Counted from the first letter of the stretch, positions 28,206 to 37,253 are shown. The stretch is 64,000 nt of DNA from Synechococcus sp. (GCA_047285805.1 JBJBCN010000002.1:1312001-1376000), one strand, 5' to 3'. Notes: generated by a model from the sequence alone, not told the origin. Program-made: numbers and translations.

Positions 28206-29495
28206 ATGCCCCTGTGGGAGATGCGCCTGGTCTCCATTGCGGCCAAGTGGCCGGGATGGAGCATCACCAATGACAAGGGCTACGTCTGCGTTCGATACCG
28301 CGTAGCTGGGCAGCCAAGGCAACAAGTCAACCTGCCGAAGCTCCGGTACCGCGAAGAGGACGAAGTTGCGGCCATCACCATGGCCAGGCAGCTCTTCAAG
28401 GTTTGGGACAAGGCAGGAGGGGGGCTATCGCTGAAAGCAGCCTTAATTGAGGTCAAGGGCTCCTGCGATTCAGAGGGGTCGGCACAGGTCGTCACCTGGG
28501 GGCAGATCGTTGAGGCCATGCGCGAGGCAAAGGTCGAGAACGGCCGCAAGATCCAGCCCCAAACCTGGAAGACCAACTGGGCGCCGATCCTCAACCAAGC
28601 AGTGAGAGTTCTCAGCAGGAAGAACGCGCCGGCTGATGGCTACGAGTTGCTCAAGGCCGTTCAGAAGCATTGGAGCCACGCCCCCGCCACTCAGCGCGAG
28701 TGCGCCCGATACCTCAGTCGCTGGATGGAATTTGCAGAGCGGCGATACAAGGTCCCGCGGAGCTGGTTGATAACCGAGGCCGACAGGCAGGAGCTGGCGC
28801 CCCGAGCGCCCAAGCGAAGGAAGAAGGCCGTCCTGGAAGACGTTGAGATCTTGGAGTTCGTCGAACTGGTCGAGGCCCACAGCCCAGCCTGGTCGAACGT
28901 CTTCCGCCTGTGCGCGCAATACGGGTTACGACCGACTGAACTGCAGTACCTGTCAATCGTTAAGGACCCGATCACAGGCCAGCGGACGTTCTGGTGTTCG
29001 TACGAAAAAGACGCCGGCGGTGAGGCAAGTACAGAGCCTCGGTACCTGCGGGCCATGTACTTGCGGGACGCTGACGACAGGCCGGTGCAGTGGCCACTGA
29101 TCGATGCGTGGGAGGCAGGAACACTGGCTCTTCCTCAGGACAGGAACGGCGGGCTACGCAAGCTGAGCGGTTCTGCTGTGAATACCTACCTGGCGCGCCA
29201 GGGCAAAGACGGCGGCCCTGCCAGTGCGGTTCAACGATGGTGGAAGGCCAAGGTCGCCGAGTACGCATCAAAGCCCCAGCCCGAGTGGCTGAGGGCTTAT
29301 TCGTTTCGGGACAGCTACAGCGTCAGGTGCCATCGCGAGGGCCTTCCGCTGGATGTGATTGTCAATGCGATGGGCCATTCCCACCAGGTCCATCAGCAGA
29401 GCTACCGAACCGTCACGAACTCAATCGTGGCCCGGGCTTTCGAATCTTGTGCCACAGATTTGCGGCTCCCGTCTACACCAGATACGGAGGACTGA
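28206..29495 (+). CDS. Tyrosine integrase of element A
   Basis: YGLRPTE, RAYSFRD, AMGHS....H..SY; same family as 18638-19876. Confidence 0.9.
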   Translation: MPLWEMRLVSIAAKWPGWSITNDKGYVCVRYRVAGQPRQQVNLPKLRYREEDEVAAITMARQLFKVWDKAGGGLSLKAALIEVKGSCDSEGSAQVVTWGQIVEAMREAKVENGRKIQPQTWKTNWAPILNQAVRVLSRKNAPADGYELLKAVQKHWSHAPATQRECARYLSRWMEFAERRYKVPRSWLITEADRQELAPRAPKRRKKAVLEDVEILEFVELVEAHSPAWSNVFRLCAQYGLRPTELQYLSIVKDPITGQRTFWCSYEKDAGGEASTEPRYLRAMYLRDADDRPVQWPLIDAWEAGTLALPQDRNGGLRKLSGSAVNTYLARQGKDGGPASAVQRWWKAKVAEYASKPQPEWLRAYSFRDSYSVRCHREGLPLDVIVNAMGHSHQVHQQSYRTVTNSIVARAFESCATDLRLPSTPDTED

Positions 29496-29600
29496 CTGTC
29501 GAAAATGGCGTCAAACCGCCACAAATGGTGTACGTTGGCGATGAACTCGGAGCAGCCGTCGGCGCACGGACCGAGTCTTGATTAACCCAAGTCTTCAAGC

Positions 29601-29924
29601 GTGCCTGTCACCGAGGGGCAAATCCTCCAGATGGTGCGAAGCACTGAGAGGCAGCAACTTCCTAGCTGGCTCGAAGTTCGCCGCAGCAAGTTTCAACGCT
29701 TCGTGGTCAACATGACCCGTAGCGGTGCGGTGCCGATTAGCGACTGCAGCCGTATGACCGTCAAACTAGGCGGAGAGCTGCTGAGCCCTGAGCAACGCGG
29801 ACGGTTCTGGAAATTTGCCCAGAAGTGGCAAGACCATTTGCTGAAAGACGCGGGAGGCCAAAAGGAGGGTCGCAATGTCTATTGCGTCACCAACAACAGA
29901 GCCAGCCTTCGCGACAACAAGTGA
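29601..29924 (+). CDS. Hypothetical protein
   Basis: ORF co-oriented within the int-xis-primase run. Confidence 0.55.
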   Translation: MPVTEGQILQMVRSTERQQLPSWLEVRRSKFQRFVVNMTRSGAVPISDCSRMTVKLGGELLSPEQRGRFWKFAQKWQDHLLKDAGGQKEGRNVYCVTNNRASLRDNK

Positions 29925-30144
29925 TGTCGCCGAAGCGGCCCAGCTTCACAAAGAGACGCTGCTCAAATTGCGGCGCTTAGGGCCCGAGGGCCCGTTCAAA
30001 CTTGGACGCGATTACGTCCACCTGGGTAGTGGCAACCGCCGACTCGGGTGGAACAAGAGCCAGGCGCTGAAAAGCCTCTGGAGTTTCAACCGGCAGAGCT
30101 GGAGAGAGGTGGAAACCTTCTCCGGTTCGCGGAACCCGCGCTGA
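29875..30144 (+). CDS. Excisionase-like HTH protein
   Basis: VAEAAQLHKETLLKLRR..GPF..G.DY...VETF; GGAGG RBS. Confidence 0.75.
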   Translation: MSIASPTTEPAFATTSDVAEAAQLHKETLLKLRRLGPEGPFKLGRDYVHLGSGNRRLGWNKSQALKSLWSFNRQSWREVETFSGSRNPR

Positions 30145-30160
30145 GCAGAGGGCGACTCTG

Positions 30161-32134
30161 ATGCTCAATAAACAAGCGCGCCAACAATGGCGCGAGGACG
30201 TTCATCGTCTGAACGGGTTTCCACTCCTGCCTTGTGGCGGGGGTGCAAGTGGGAAGGCCCCACTAATCAAGAGCTGGCCAACAGCTAGCTGCAGCCCTGA
30301 AGAGGTGCTGGCGACACCCGGACTCCGCAGTGTCGGCATCCGCCTTGGGCCCGATGCCGGAGGGCTGGTCTGCATCGACTACGACGGCGCATCAGCCGTT
30401 GATTACGCCGCCGGCTTTGGCCATGACGCAAGGGAACTTACGTCCTGGGTCATTGGCCGCGACAGCGATGCGGATCGGTTCAAGGCCGTCTACCGCGTGG
30501 GCGAGAACGACTGGGGGGCACTCCCTGGGAAGACCGTCCACAGCACCGGTCCCGGCGAGCAAGTCGAGGTCTTCTTCAAAAGCGGACAGGTCATCGTCTT
30601 GGGCGAGCACGTCCCAAGTGGCGGCCATTACCGCTGGCTTCACGGAGGGCCTGAGTCAATCGAACCCCTCCCCCGTGAGTTGGCTGAAATGTGGTTTGCG
30701 GCCATCGCCAGCAGCCCTAGCTCAACCGCCCGCGGGGGGCGCGGCGAATGGCGGGATTGTGTGCCCTGCACGATTTGCGGCAGGACCGAACCCGACTGTC
30801 GAATCAGCGGCGACGGGCGAACGATTGCTTGCCACCGGGGCATCAGGTGGACCCCTCCATTCCTGAAGCCTGGGGAGACGATCAAACGAGGCGACACCTC
30901 CTGGGCCTACTGCGGCGAGACCCAGACAGCGGTGGGGGCAGCGGCGCTCTTCAAAATCGACGAAACGCAAGTGCCATTGCGAAAGAAGCCGATGGTCCCT
31001 CCAAGTGAGGGGCTTCGGCTGATGAGTCAGGAACTGCATGGTGTCCCACGCCTCAATGTGCGGACGCGCGCAATCCACGTCGAAGACCAGGTGTTCACCG
31101 CTGAACAAGCGGCAAACGTTTACCTCGGCCTGTCGCAACGGGGGCGGTACTGCTGGCCCAAGCAACTAGCCGTCGATTGCCTAACGGCATTGGCCTCCAA
31201 AAACGAGTTCGACCCCGTCCGGGACTATCTCGACTCGATCAGAGCGGAGCCGCTGCCAATGGAGCAGTGGGACCGTTTGGACAGGTTGCTCTTCGGAACC
31301 GACGACACCATCACCGCGGCATTCTTCAAGCGGTACTTGGTTAGCGCGGTTCAAAGGGTCTTCGAACCCGGGTGCCCGCAAAGGATCTTGCCCGTTTTGG
31401 TCGGGCCACAAGCCATCGGGAAAACCACCCTGGGCAGTGCACTATTCGGCGTTGAGTTCTACGGCGATGCCGTCAGCGGCAACGCAAAGCTCGACGTTGA
31501 TGACATCACCTCGATGGGTCTGACGTGGGCCACCGAGCTGGCCGAGCTAGACGGCCTTACTCGGAAGGCTCAAACGGCGTCGCTGAAAGCCTTCGTCTCT
31601 CGCACTCACGACCTCATCAGGAGGAAGTACCACCACGGTTCGGAGCGGGTGCCCCGGCGCAGTGTGTTGTTTGGCACTAGCAACCAGTGGCCGCTGAATG
31701 ACCCAACAGGGTCAACGCGGTTCTGCCTGATCTCGCTGGGCAAAAAACCACTCCCCTTCAACGAAGTCGCTCAGCTGCGCGACAACATTTGGGCGAGGGC
31801 TTTGGTCCAGTACCGCGACGGCTACCAGCCATTTCCAACCGCTCAAGAGGCCAAGGAAATTGCTGAACGCAATGCCTGTTACGACCCTGAGGATCCGCTT
31901 GAAGGCAAGCTCAGGCGCCTAGTCGAGCGAAAGGCGAGCGCGCCATACATCACGTTGGACGAAGTGCTCGATTTCATCGGCGCAGATCCAACAGGCTCGC
32001 CACAACTAAGCGCACGGCTCAATGTCGTTATGGCGCAACTGGGCTGGGACAAAAAGCGCCTCAGGTTCAACGGGCAAGGAAAAGTCTCTGCGTACTGGCC
32101 TGCGGCCAGGGAGGGCAGGGATGAAAGCGCATAA
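30161..32134 (+). CDS. Bifunctional primase-polymerase fused to VirE/VapE-like helicase
   Basis: KAP..W, G.....GLVCIDYD prim-pol motifs; CxxC module; Walker A GPQAIGKT, ELAELD, GTSN, DPTGSTRF. Confidence 0.88.
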   Translation: MLNKQARQQWREDVHRLNGFPLLPCGGGASGKAPLIKSWPTASCSPEEVLATPGLRSVGIRLGPDAGGLVCIDYDGASAVDYAAGFGHDARELTSWVIGRDSDADRFKAVYRVGENDWGALPGKTVHSTGPGEQVEVFFKSGQVIVLGEHVPSGGHYRWLHGGPESIEPLPRELAEMWFAAIASSPSSTARGGRGEWRDCVPCTICGRTEPDCRISGDGRTIACHRGIRWTPPFLKPGETIKRGDTSWAYCGETQTAVGAAALFKIDETQVPLRKKPMVPPSEGLRLMSQELHGVPRLNVRTRAIHVEDQVFTAEQAANVYLGLSQRGRYCWPKQLAVDCLTALASKNEFDPVRDYLDSIRAEPLPMEQWDRLDRLLFGTDDTITAAFFKRYLVSAVQRVFEPGCPQRILPVLVGPQAIGKTTLGSALFGVEFYGDAVSGNAKLDVDDITSMGLTWATELAELDGLTRKAQTASLKAFVSRTHDLIRRKYHHGSERVPRRSVLFGTSNQWPLNDPTGSTRFCLISLGKKPLPFNEVAQLRDNIWARALVQYRDGYQPFPTAQEAKEIAERNACYDPEDPLEGKLRRLVERKASAPYITLDEVLDFIGADPTGSPQLSARLNVVMAQLGWDKKRLRFNGQGKVSAYWPAAREGRDESA

Positions 32135-32225
32135 CTCCCCTTATTACCTACCCCCTCTCTCTCCAGTTATGGAAAAAACCCCTGACCACCCCGCCCACTC
32201 ATCCACCAACCCCCTGAACTCCACC

Positions 32226-32675
32226 ATGTCTCAGACAAAGCAACTCCCCGAAGGCATCCAATTCAGCGACGTCTACATCACTGACACAGTCAGTCAGCCA
32301 GCCCGTAAAGGACTGATCGACTCCAGTCAGCTATTGAAGTCTGATTGCCACTATCTAAAGCTCTGGAGCGAAGCGGAAGTAATCAGCGAACAGGCCCTCT
32401 ACGACTGGCAGGTTGAAATCAACAACTGGCAGATCGACATTGAAGACAAGGTCCGCCACAACGGAGGAATACCTCACGGATGCATTAGGGACGGGAACGG
32501 AAAGTTCCTCTACATGTGCGAACCGATCTGGGTGATCGGCAAGGGTGGTGACTACTGGTTCACCGTCTTCAACAACACGCCAGAGACAATGGCCTTCACC
32601 TCCCTGCGCGATGCCTGCATGTTCGTGCAGGGCTGGAAGCTCAAAACGCACGGACCAGACTCAGAGATGGGCTAA
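32226..32675 (+). CDS. Hypothetical protein
   Basis: Coherent ORF followed by a terminator. Confidence 0.65.
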   Translation: MSQTKQLPEGIQFSDVYITDTVSQPARKGLIDSSQLLKSDCHYLKLWSEAEVISEQALYDWQVEINNWQIDIEDKVRHNGGIPHGCIRDGNGKFLYMCEPIWVIGKGGDYWFTVFNNTPETMAFTSLRDACMFVQGWKLKTHGPDSEMG

Positions 32676-32683
32676 ACGTTCTG

Positions 32684-32713
32684 CCCCCGGGGTCTGACCT
32701 CGGGGGCTTTTTT
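32684..32713 (+). terminator. Intrinsic terminator
   Basis: GCCCCCGGGGTC-T-GACCTCGGGGGC followed by a T run. Confidence 0.8.
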
Positions 32714-32763
32714 GTGACGTAACCAGCCTTACGGGCCATGCTGGGCTGAGCCGCCTTCATGTC

Positions 32764-33402
32764 GTGCTTCGCCTTCTCGTAGCCCTTGCCGCCCTCAGCG
32801 CAGGGACAGCCTTGGCCCAGGGGCAGGTCGACCCCGCCATTCACAAGCTCTGCATTGAGGCGAAGGACTATGCAGGCTGCGTCAGAGCAATGAAAGGCGA
32901 GCCAGCTCCCACCACTCGCATCATCAATTCAGCAGGTGCTGAAGTGGCGGAAGGTAATCAATGCCCTGCATCTATGGCTTACAGGGGTGGGGGTAATTGC
33001 CAGGAAGTCATCTGTGCTGACCATGGGATGTGGTTCGTTGGGCCTCATAACCCGCTGCTTGCCGGTAAGACATGGAAATGCACTGGAGGCGGGATTGGCA
33101 GCCCAGGGAGATTGGCTTGGGGTGCGACCACCGCAAGAGCTTCTCAGAATCCAAACTGCCCCGCTGGTGAAATAGAGATTGGATACAACAGCACTTGCGA
33201 CAAACCTCCATTTGGATGGGAAAGCCCTGCTGCCAAGGCTGCACGCGAAGAAAGGGAAGGCCCTAAGTGCGACTTCAAGCTCAAGGCATACAAGTGCAGC
33301 TACAACGCGTACCTCGATGCCAACCCAGGCATGAAGAAATGGGCTGAACTAAACCCGGAACTTGCCCAAAAAGAAAGGCTCAAGCTGCAGTCAGTTGACT
33401 AA
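32764..33402 (+). CDS. Secreted Cys-rich hypothetical protein
   Basis: Signal peptide; VDP.IHKLC..AKDY.GCV motif; many cysteines. Confidence 0.8.
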   Translation: MLRLLVALAALSAGTALAQGQVDPAIHKLCIEAKDYAGCVRAMKGEPAPTTRIINSAGAEVAEGNQCPASMAYRGGGNCQEVICADHGMWFVGPHNPLLAGKTWKCTGGGIGSPGRLAWGATTARASQNPNCPAGEIEIGYNSTCDKPPFGWESPAAKAAREEREGPKCDFKLKAYKCSYNAYLDANPGMKKWAELNPELAQKERLKLQSVD

Positions 33403-33472
33403 CCACCAAGCAATCTCTCTGCAACTTGCCCAGTAGTTACGCAAGGCTGATTACGACCGACCAAGCCTGCCG

Positions 33473-33997
33473 CTAAGGAGTGCTCTTCTCTTTCCAGTCC
33501 GTAATAGGCGGGTTGGCATAAGGATTGTTGTTCCTTCCATAGCTATTATCCCGACCGTGAGTCTCCTGAGGCCCTTGACTCGCAGGAAGTCGATAGTTAG
33601 GTATGGGTTGAGCGACCTGCTTCTTCCAGCGGAAGAATGCTCTTAAGAATTCGTTTTGCGCGACTGGATTGGCAAACAGAAAAAGAGCCACCCTGGGCTC
33701 ACCACTCGAGGAAACATATCGGAGATAATTATAATACTCGTTACCGTCTATATCGTACTTAAATCCTAGATACTGATTCGATTGAATGCCACCTTGACCT
33801 TCGACCCACATCCCCGGACCCTGAAAACGTATTCTGCATTGATTCTTGAGTTTTCGGCACCAGGCGTCGTGGTAACTCTTAGGCCCTTCATTAAAGGCAC
33901 CCAAGGGAAAGTCTGCATCACCAAAATCAGCAAACGCTGCTCCGGGTAACGCAACGGCTGAGGCCAAGCAAAGCTTTGCAAGGAATCCCTTTATCAC
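33473..33997 (-). CDS. Secreted hypothetical protein
   Basis: Paralogue of 22795-23322 (FADFGDADFP, SYHDAWCR, GMWVEGQGGIQ, NPYANPPITDWKEK). Confidence 0.85.
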   Translation of the reverse strand: MIKGFLAKLCLASAVALPGAAFADFGDADFPLGAFNEGPKSYHDAWCRKLKNQCRIRFQGPGMWVEGQGGIQSNQYLGFKYDIDGNEYYNYLRYVSSSGEPRVALFLFANPVAQNEFLRAFFRWKKQVAQPIPNYRLPASQGPQETHGRDNSYGRNNNPYANPPITDWKEKSTP

Positions 33998-34071
33998 TTA
34001 CTGCTCTCCATTCATGCAAATCTCCACATTTGCCATAGCCGCATGGGGACATTGAAGACCACTCTGCACTT

Positions 34072-34386
34072 TCATCTTGCCCCTTCAAAGCATTCGAATC
34101 CTCTGTACTCAAGAGGTTGGTCTAAGTAGGTAGGGATTCTGCTGGATGCCATCCATTTCGCCCCTTGCTCCTCGCACTGGTCAAGCGACTTCATTGGAAG
34201 ACTCACAATTCCATTGCCTCTTAAAGACTTCCCAAGCGTGAGTACAAGATACGTAGGTGAGTCGGGTCTAGCTTCCACAGGCAACTCCTCAACAGTTGTG
34301 ACAGGTTCCAGCGGTTGCAGTTCTTGTGATACTGCAGGTAATGAGGCTGTTATGACTGCGATTGATCCAATTACAAGCTTGCGCAT
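34072..34386 (-). CDS. Secreted two-Cys hypothetical protein
   Basis: Paralogue of 22511-22798. Confidence 0.8.
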   Translation of the reverse strand: MRKLVIGSIAVITASLPAVSQELQPLEPVTTVEELPVEARPDSPTYLVLTLGKSLRGNGIVSLPMKSLDQCEEQGAKWMASSRIPTYLDQPLEYRGFECFEGAR

Positions 34387-34436
34387 GTTGGGAACCTGGC
34401 TGCCCTCCATGTTGCCCTAGCACACCGCAACGGTAA

Positions 34437-34952
34437 TTACGACCAACGCTGGTGGCGGACGTGGCTGTTCACGCCCAGGCCACACAAGGCATCTAGCTCT
34501 CTGCAAGCGCCGACAACAGCGCCAGGGTTTCGCTGTTTGAGCGCGACCCCTACGGCCGCCTGGAGCTGGGAGACGCACCAGGCCAAAAGCTGTCGTCGAT
34601 CACAGCCAGCGCCTTCCACGTCGGCCTCTATCTGCGCCCAGGCTTTCTGGATCAGCCGATAGCCCTGGCTTCGTGAGACCCCCCACTGTTGTCGCGCAAA
34701 AGCGACACAAGAGGAGTTGCTGGTCCCTTCCAGGATCAGTCGCTGCAGCTCGTCGACTCGGTCTCTGGTGACTGAGGCGGTCGCTCGAGGCGTTCCATTT
34801 CCAGGTCCAGGACGAAGAGCAACATTTCCCTGTGGGCCAAGGCCGTCATCCCGACAAACATCGGCACGACCTTCTGCAGAACGCTCGGGTGGTGGGTTGC
34901 TGTTGCCGCAATTGCTTTTGCGACCGCCTGGACCTCGGAGCTGATCATTCAT
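34437..34952 (-). CDS. HTH protein resembling cyanophage small terminase-like proteins; start uncertain
   Basis: RVDELQRLILEG......FARQQWGVSRSQGYRLIQKA HTH plus helical C-terminus. Confidence 0.55.
   Translation of the reverse strand: MNDQLRGPGGRKSNCGNSNPPPERSAEGRADVCRDDGLGPQGNVALRPGPGNGTPRATASVTRDRVDELQRLILEGTSNSSCVAFARQQWGVSRSQGYRLIQKAWAQIEADVEGAGCDRRQLLAWCVSQLQAAVGVALKQRNPGAVVGACRELDALCGLGVNSHVRHQRWS
34736..34948 (-). CDS. Hypothetical protein overlapping the TerS-like frame
   Basis: ATGA-coupled to the upstream gene; helical composition. Confidence 0.5.
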   Translation of the reverse strand: MISSEVQAVAKAIAATATHHPSVLQKVVPMFVGMTALAHREMLLFVLDLEMERLERPPQSPETESTSCSD

Positions 34953-35286
34953 CCAACAGCGCGCTGAGTTGTGCGCACAGCTCCTCCGCCGCGGCCTGTT
35001 CCGCGAGCTTTGAGCCGACAAGGCTGTGAACCTCACTGCCGATCGCTTCTGACCGCCGACGCAGCTGTTCGCAGTGCTGTTGAATCTGGCCGCGATACCG
35101 ATCTTGTCGAGCAAGAGCAGGTAGCTGCTCACGCCACATCCAATCGATGAAGCCGGGGGCAGGGCCTGCCCGCTGCTGGTCGGGATCGTTGTCGCGCTCA
35201 GTGATCAAGCGATCCATGGTGGCGCTGTAGTCGCGCCCTTCCAGCTTCAGCCAACCGAGTTGGGGATGAGATTTAGCGACCCTCAC
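34945..35286 (-). CDS. Hypothetical helical protein
   Basis: GTGA/ATGA overlaps with both neighbours. Confidence 0.65.
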   Translation of the reverse strand: MRVAKSHPQLGWLKLEGRDYSATMDRLITERDNDPDQQRAGPAPGFIDWMWREQLPALARQDRYRGQIQQHCEQLRRRSEAIGSEVHSLVGSKLAEQAAAEELCAQLSALLDE

Positions 35287-35687
35287 TGGCCAAGCCTCCG
35301 GTTGCTGTAAGGCTGTACCCCGCGTGCGAATGACTGCTCAACGTGGTGGCGGCGGGCGGCATTTTGACGACGCAGCCGTTCGGTTTGAGCCTCAAGCGAT
35401 TTGACCCGCAAAGCCCTGGCCTCCTGGTCTTCCTCCTCCCGGATGTGAGCGTCAGAGGGGACGCCCAAGTAGGAAGCAAGCTCAGGGTCATGCTTTGCCA
35501 GTAGCGATCGCAGGGTCAACGACTTCGCCAGTGCGGCGGTGTCGAAGGGGCGGCCGTAACCGCGGGGTGGCAGTAGCTCAGCGGCCCCGTCGATCTTTTT
35601 GATCCGAGTTTCGATCGCCCGCGCCTGGGTCTCAGCGTGGGTGACGTTCTGATGGGCCTCCGCGACTTCTTTATTTAGATCAAACAT
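35283..35687 (-). CDS. Hypothetical coiled-coil protein
   Basis: First gene of a coupled leftward operon. Confidence 0.7.
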   Translation of the reverse strand: MFDLNKEVAEAHQNVTHAETQARAIETRIKKIDGAAELLPPRGYGRPFDTAALAKSLTLRSLLAKHDPELASYLGVPSDAHIREEEDQEARALRVKSLEAQTERLRRQNAARRHHVEQSFARGVQPYSNRRLGQ

Positions 35688-35895
35688 GAGCAGACTTACG
35701 GCGCGCTTGGGGATTAGTCAGTGGCGATTCGGGAGCATTTGGCAGGTCATCATCGATCAGGTGACGCTCAAGCCTTGCCTCATCTTGTAGCTCACGAATT
35801 GCTAGCTCACCTAACAATGAGAGCTGTGTTCTGCTCTTCATCTTCTAGGGTCCGTAGATACGAATCTATTCTAGTGACAAAGTTATAATCTAAAT

Positions 35896-35957
35896 GTCGG
35901 GAACGCCATCCCTGACTGGTTACCGGTGTGGGCGCGGGAGTCGATCTCCCGCTTTTT
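35896..35957 (+). ncRNA. Candidate ~62-nt two-hairpin small RNA
   Basis: TATAAT at 35884-35889; 5' hairpin GTCGGGA/TCCCTGAC; terminator GCGGGAG-TCGAT-CTCCCGC-TTTTT. Confidence 0.55.
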
Positions 35958-36033
35958 CTTTGCTAATCTAGTGGCCGAGCAGGGGTCGCCCGCGTTCGCC
36001 ACATAGGGATAGCAGGTGTTGGCCACTATCCCG

Positions 36034-36071
36034 CAAAAAGGGGGGCAGGTATTAACCACCCCCCATTTTTG
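36034..36071. terminator. Bidirectional terminator-like hairpin
   Basis: CAAAAAGGGGGG...CCCCCCATTTTTG. Confidence 0.7.
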
Positions 36072-36111
36072 TTGGCTGTAGACGGCCTAAGACGATTTAA
36101 CGCAATCGCAG

Positions 36112-36282
36112 TTACGTCTGTTCTTTCTCAAATCGCTTTCTTCGCAGCTCGCGGCAGAAGCTGCACATGCAAACAAAGTCGTCACCCTTGGCCCCGTAAC
36201 CGTTGAGGCCACCAACACCCCAGCGAGTGTGCATCGTCCACCGGAACATCACGGCCAGCTCTTCGTCAGAGGGAACCGCCAT
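36112..36282 (-). CDS. 56-aa CxCxxC protein coupled to Xer (absent from the ORF track)
   Basis: TGATG overlap; MAVPSDEELAVMFRWTMHTRWGVGGLNGYGAKGDDFVCMCSFCRELRRKRFEKEQT. Confidence 0.6.
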   Translation of the reverse strand: MAVPSDEELAVMFRWTMHTRWGVGGLNGYGAKGDDFVCMCSFCRELRRKRFEKEQT

Positions 36283-37253
36283 CAGCCCAACCTCAGCGAC
36301 GAACTATCCGCAGGATTAGCGGCGACGTAGCCACCAGTCGTCGATGCCGACGAATGGCCCAGCGTGCACTGCAGCGTGAACACGTCGCACCCCCTGCGAA
36401 TGGCATGGGTCGCGTGGGTGTGGCGGCACCGGTGCGGATGAAGCCGGACCCCAGCCTCTTGGCCCCACTTCGCCATTCGACCGGCGACTGCCTGACGGGT
36501 CAGGGGGCCGTCCCGACGATCAGAAGGAAACAGCCATTCCTCCGCCTCGCCGCGGCCGAGCGACTCGAACAGCGCGAGTGTCTCCTTACTTGTACGAACG
36601 GTGCGGGCCTTTGATCCCTTCCCAAGCAAATGAATCTGGGCGCCGTCTTCCAGGGGCTCGATGTCCTGCCAGCGCAAACGGCACAACTCGGTGACGCGAC
36701 AACCGATCAGGTAGCTGCCTTTGACCATGACGAAGTCGCGCGCGGCTGTCCCACGGCCCCGGTCGGCGGCCGCGGTCATCGCCTGGGCGATCGTGGCCAG
36801 CACCATGCCCAACTCGTCATCGGTCAAAGCCTTGGCGAGCTTGGGAGCGTGCAGGGTGGCTCGGCGGGGCATTGGGTTTCGGGGAACTCCCGTCACCGCA
36901 GAGCGGGTGGGCTCGGAGGCCCAGCGGTACATGGCACTGACGGCACTGATGCGGCGGTTGAAACTGCGCGGCTTGAGTTCGTCTGCCGACACCATTTCCC
37001 GCAGCGAGGACACCCAGTCATCAACGAGGGCCGGGTCCAACTCCCGCAGGTGCAGGTGGGGGTGAAGCTCATCTCGCCAGCGAACGAAATGGCGCAGCTC
37101 TCGGGCGTAGCCGTTGATGGTCTCCTGGCTCCCGGTGCGGCTGCACTGTTCGAGGAAACGCTTCAACAGAAGGTCGTCTCCCCACAGGGTGGCCCCTGCC
37201 GTGGCGGCGTCGAACAGACGCGAGACGTAGGCCAAAGCCTCCGCCTTATCCAT
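36282..37253 (-). CDS. XerC-like tyrosine recombinase of element A
   Basis: GCRVTE, GKGSK.R, HPHRCRH, LGHSS....GY: full catalytic set. Confidence 0.92.
   Translation of the reverse strand: MDKAEALAYVSRLFDAATAGATLWGDDLLLKRFLEQCSRTGSQETINGYARELRHFVRWRDELHPHLHLRELDPALVDDWVSSLREMVSADELKPRSFNRRISAVSAMYRWASEPTRSAVTGVPRNPMPRRATLHAPKLAKALTDDELGMVLATIAQAMTAAADRGRGTAARDFVMVKGSYLIGCRVTELCRLRWQDIEPLEDGAQIHLLGKGSKARTVRTSKETLALFESLGRGEAEEWLFPSDRRDGPLTRQAVAGRMAKWGQEAGVRLHPHRCRHTHATHAIRRGCDVFTLQCTLGHSSASTTGGYVAANPADSSSLRLG

Noticed and set aside
34824..34830. GGGAAAT slippery heptamer (minus) as a programmed frameshift into the TerS-like frame
   Set aside because: It is phased in the TerS-like frame, not in the 70-aa ORF frame
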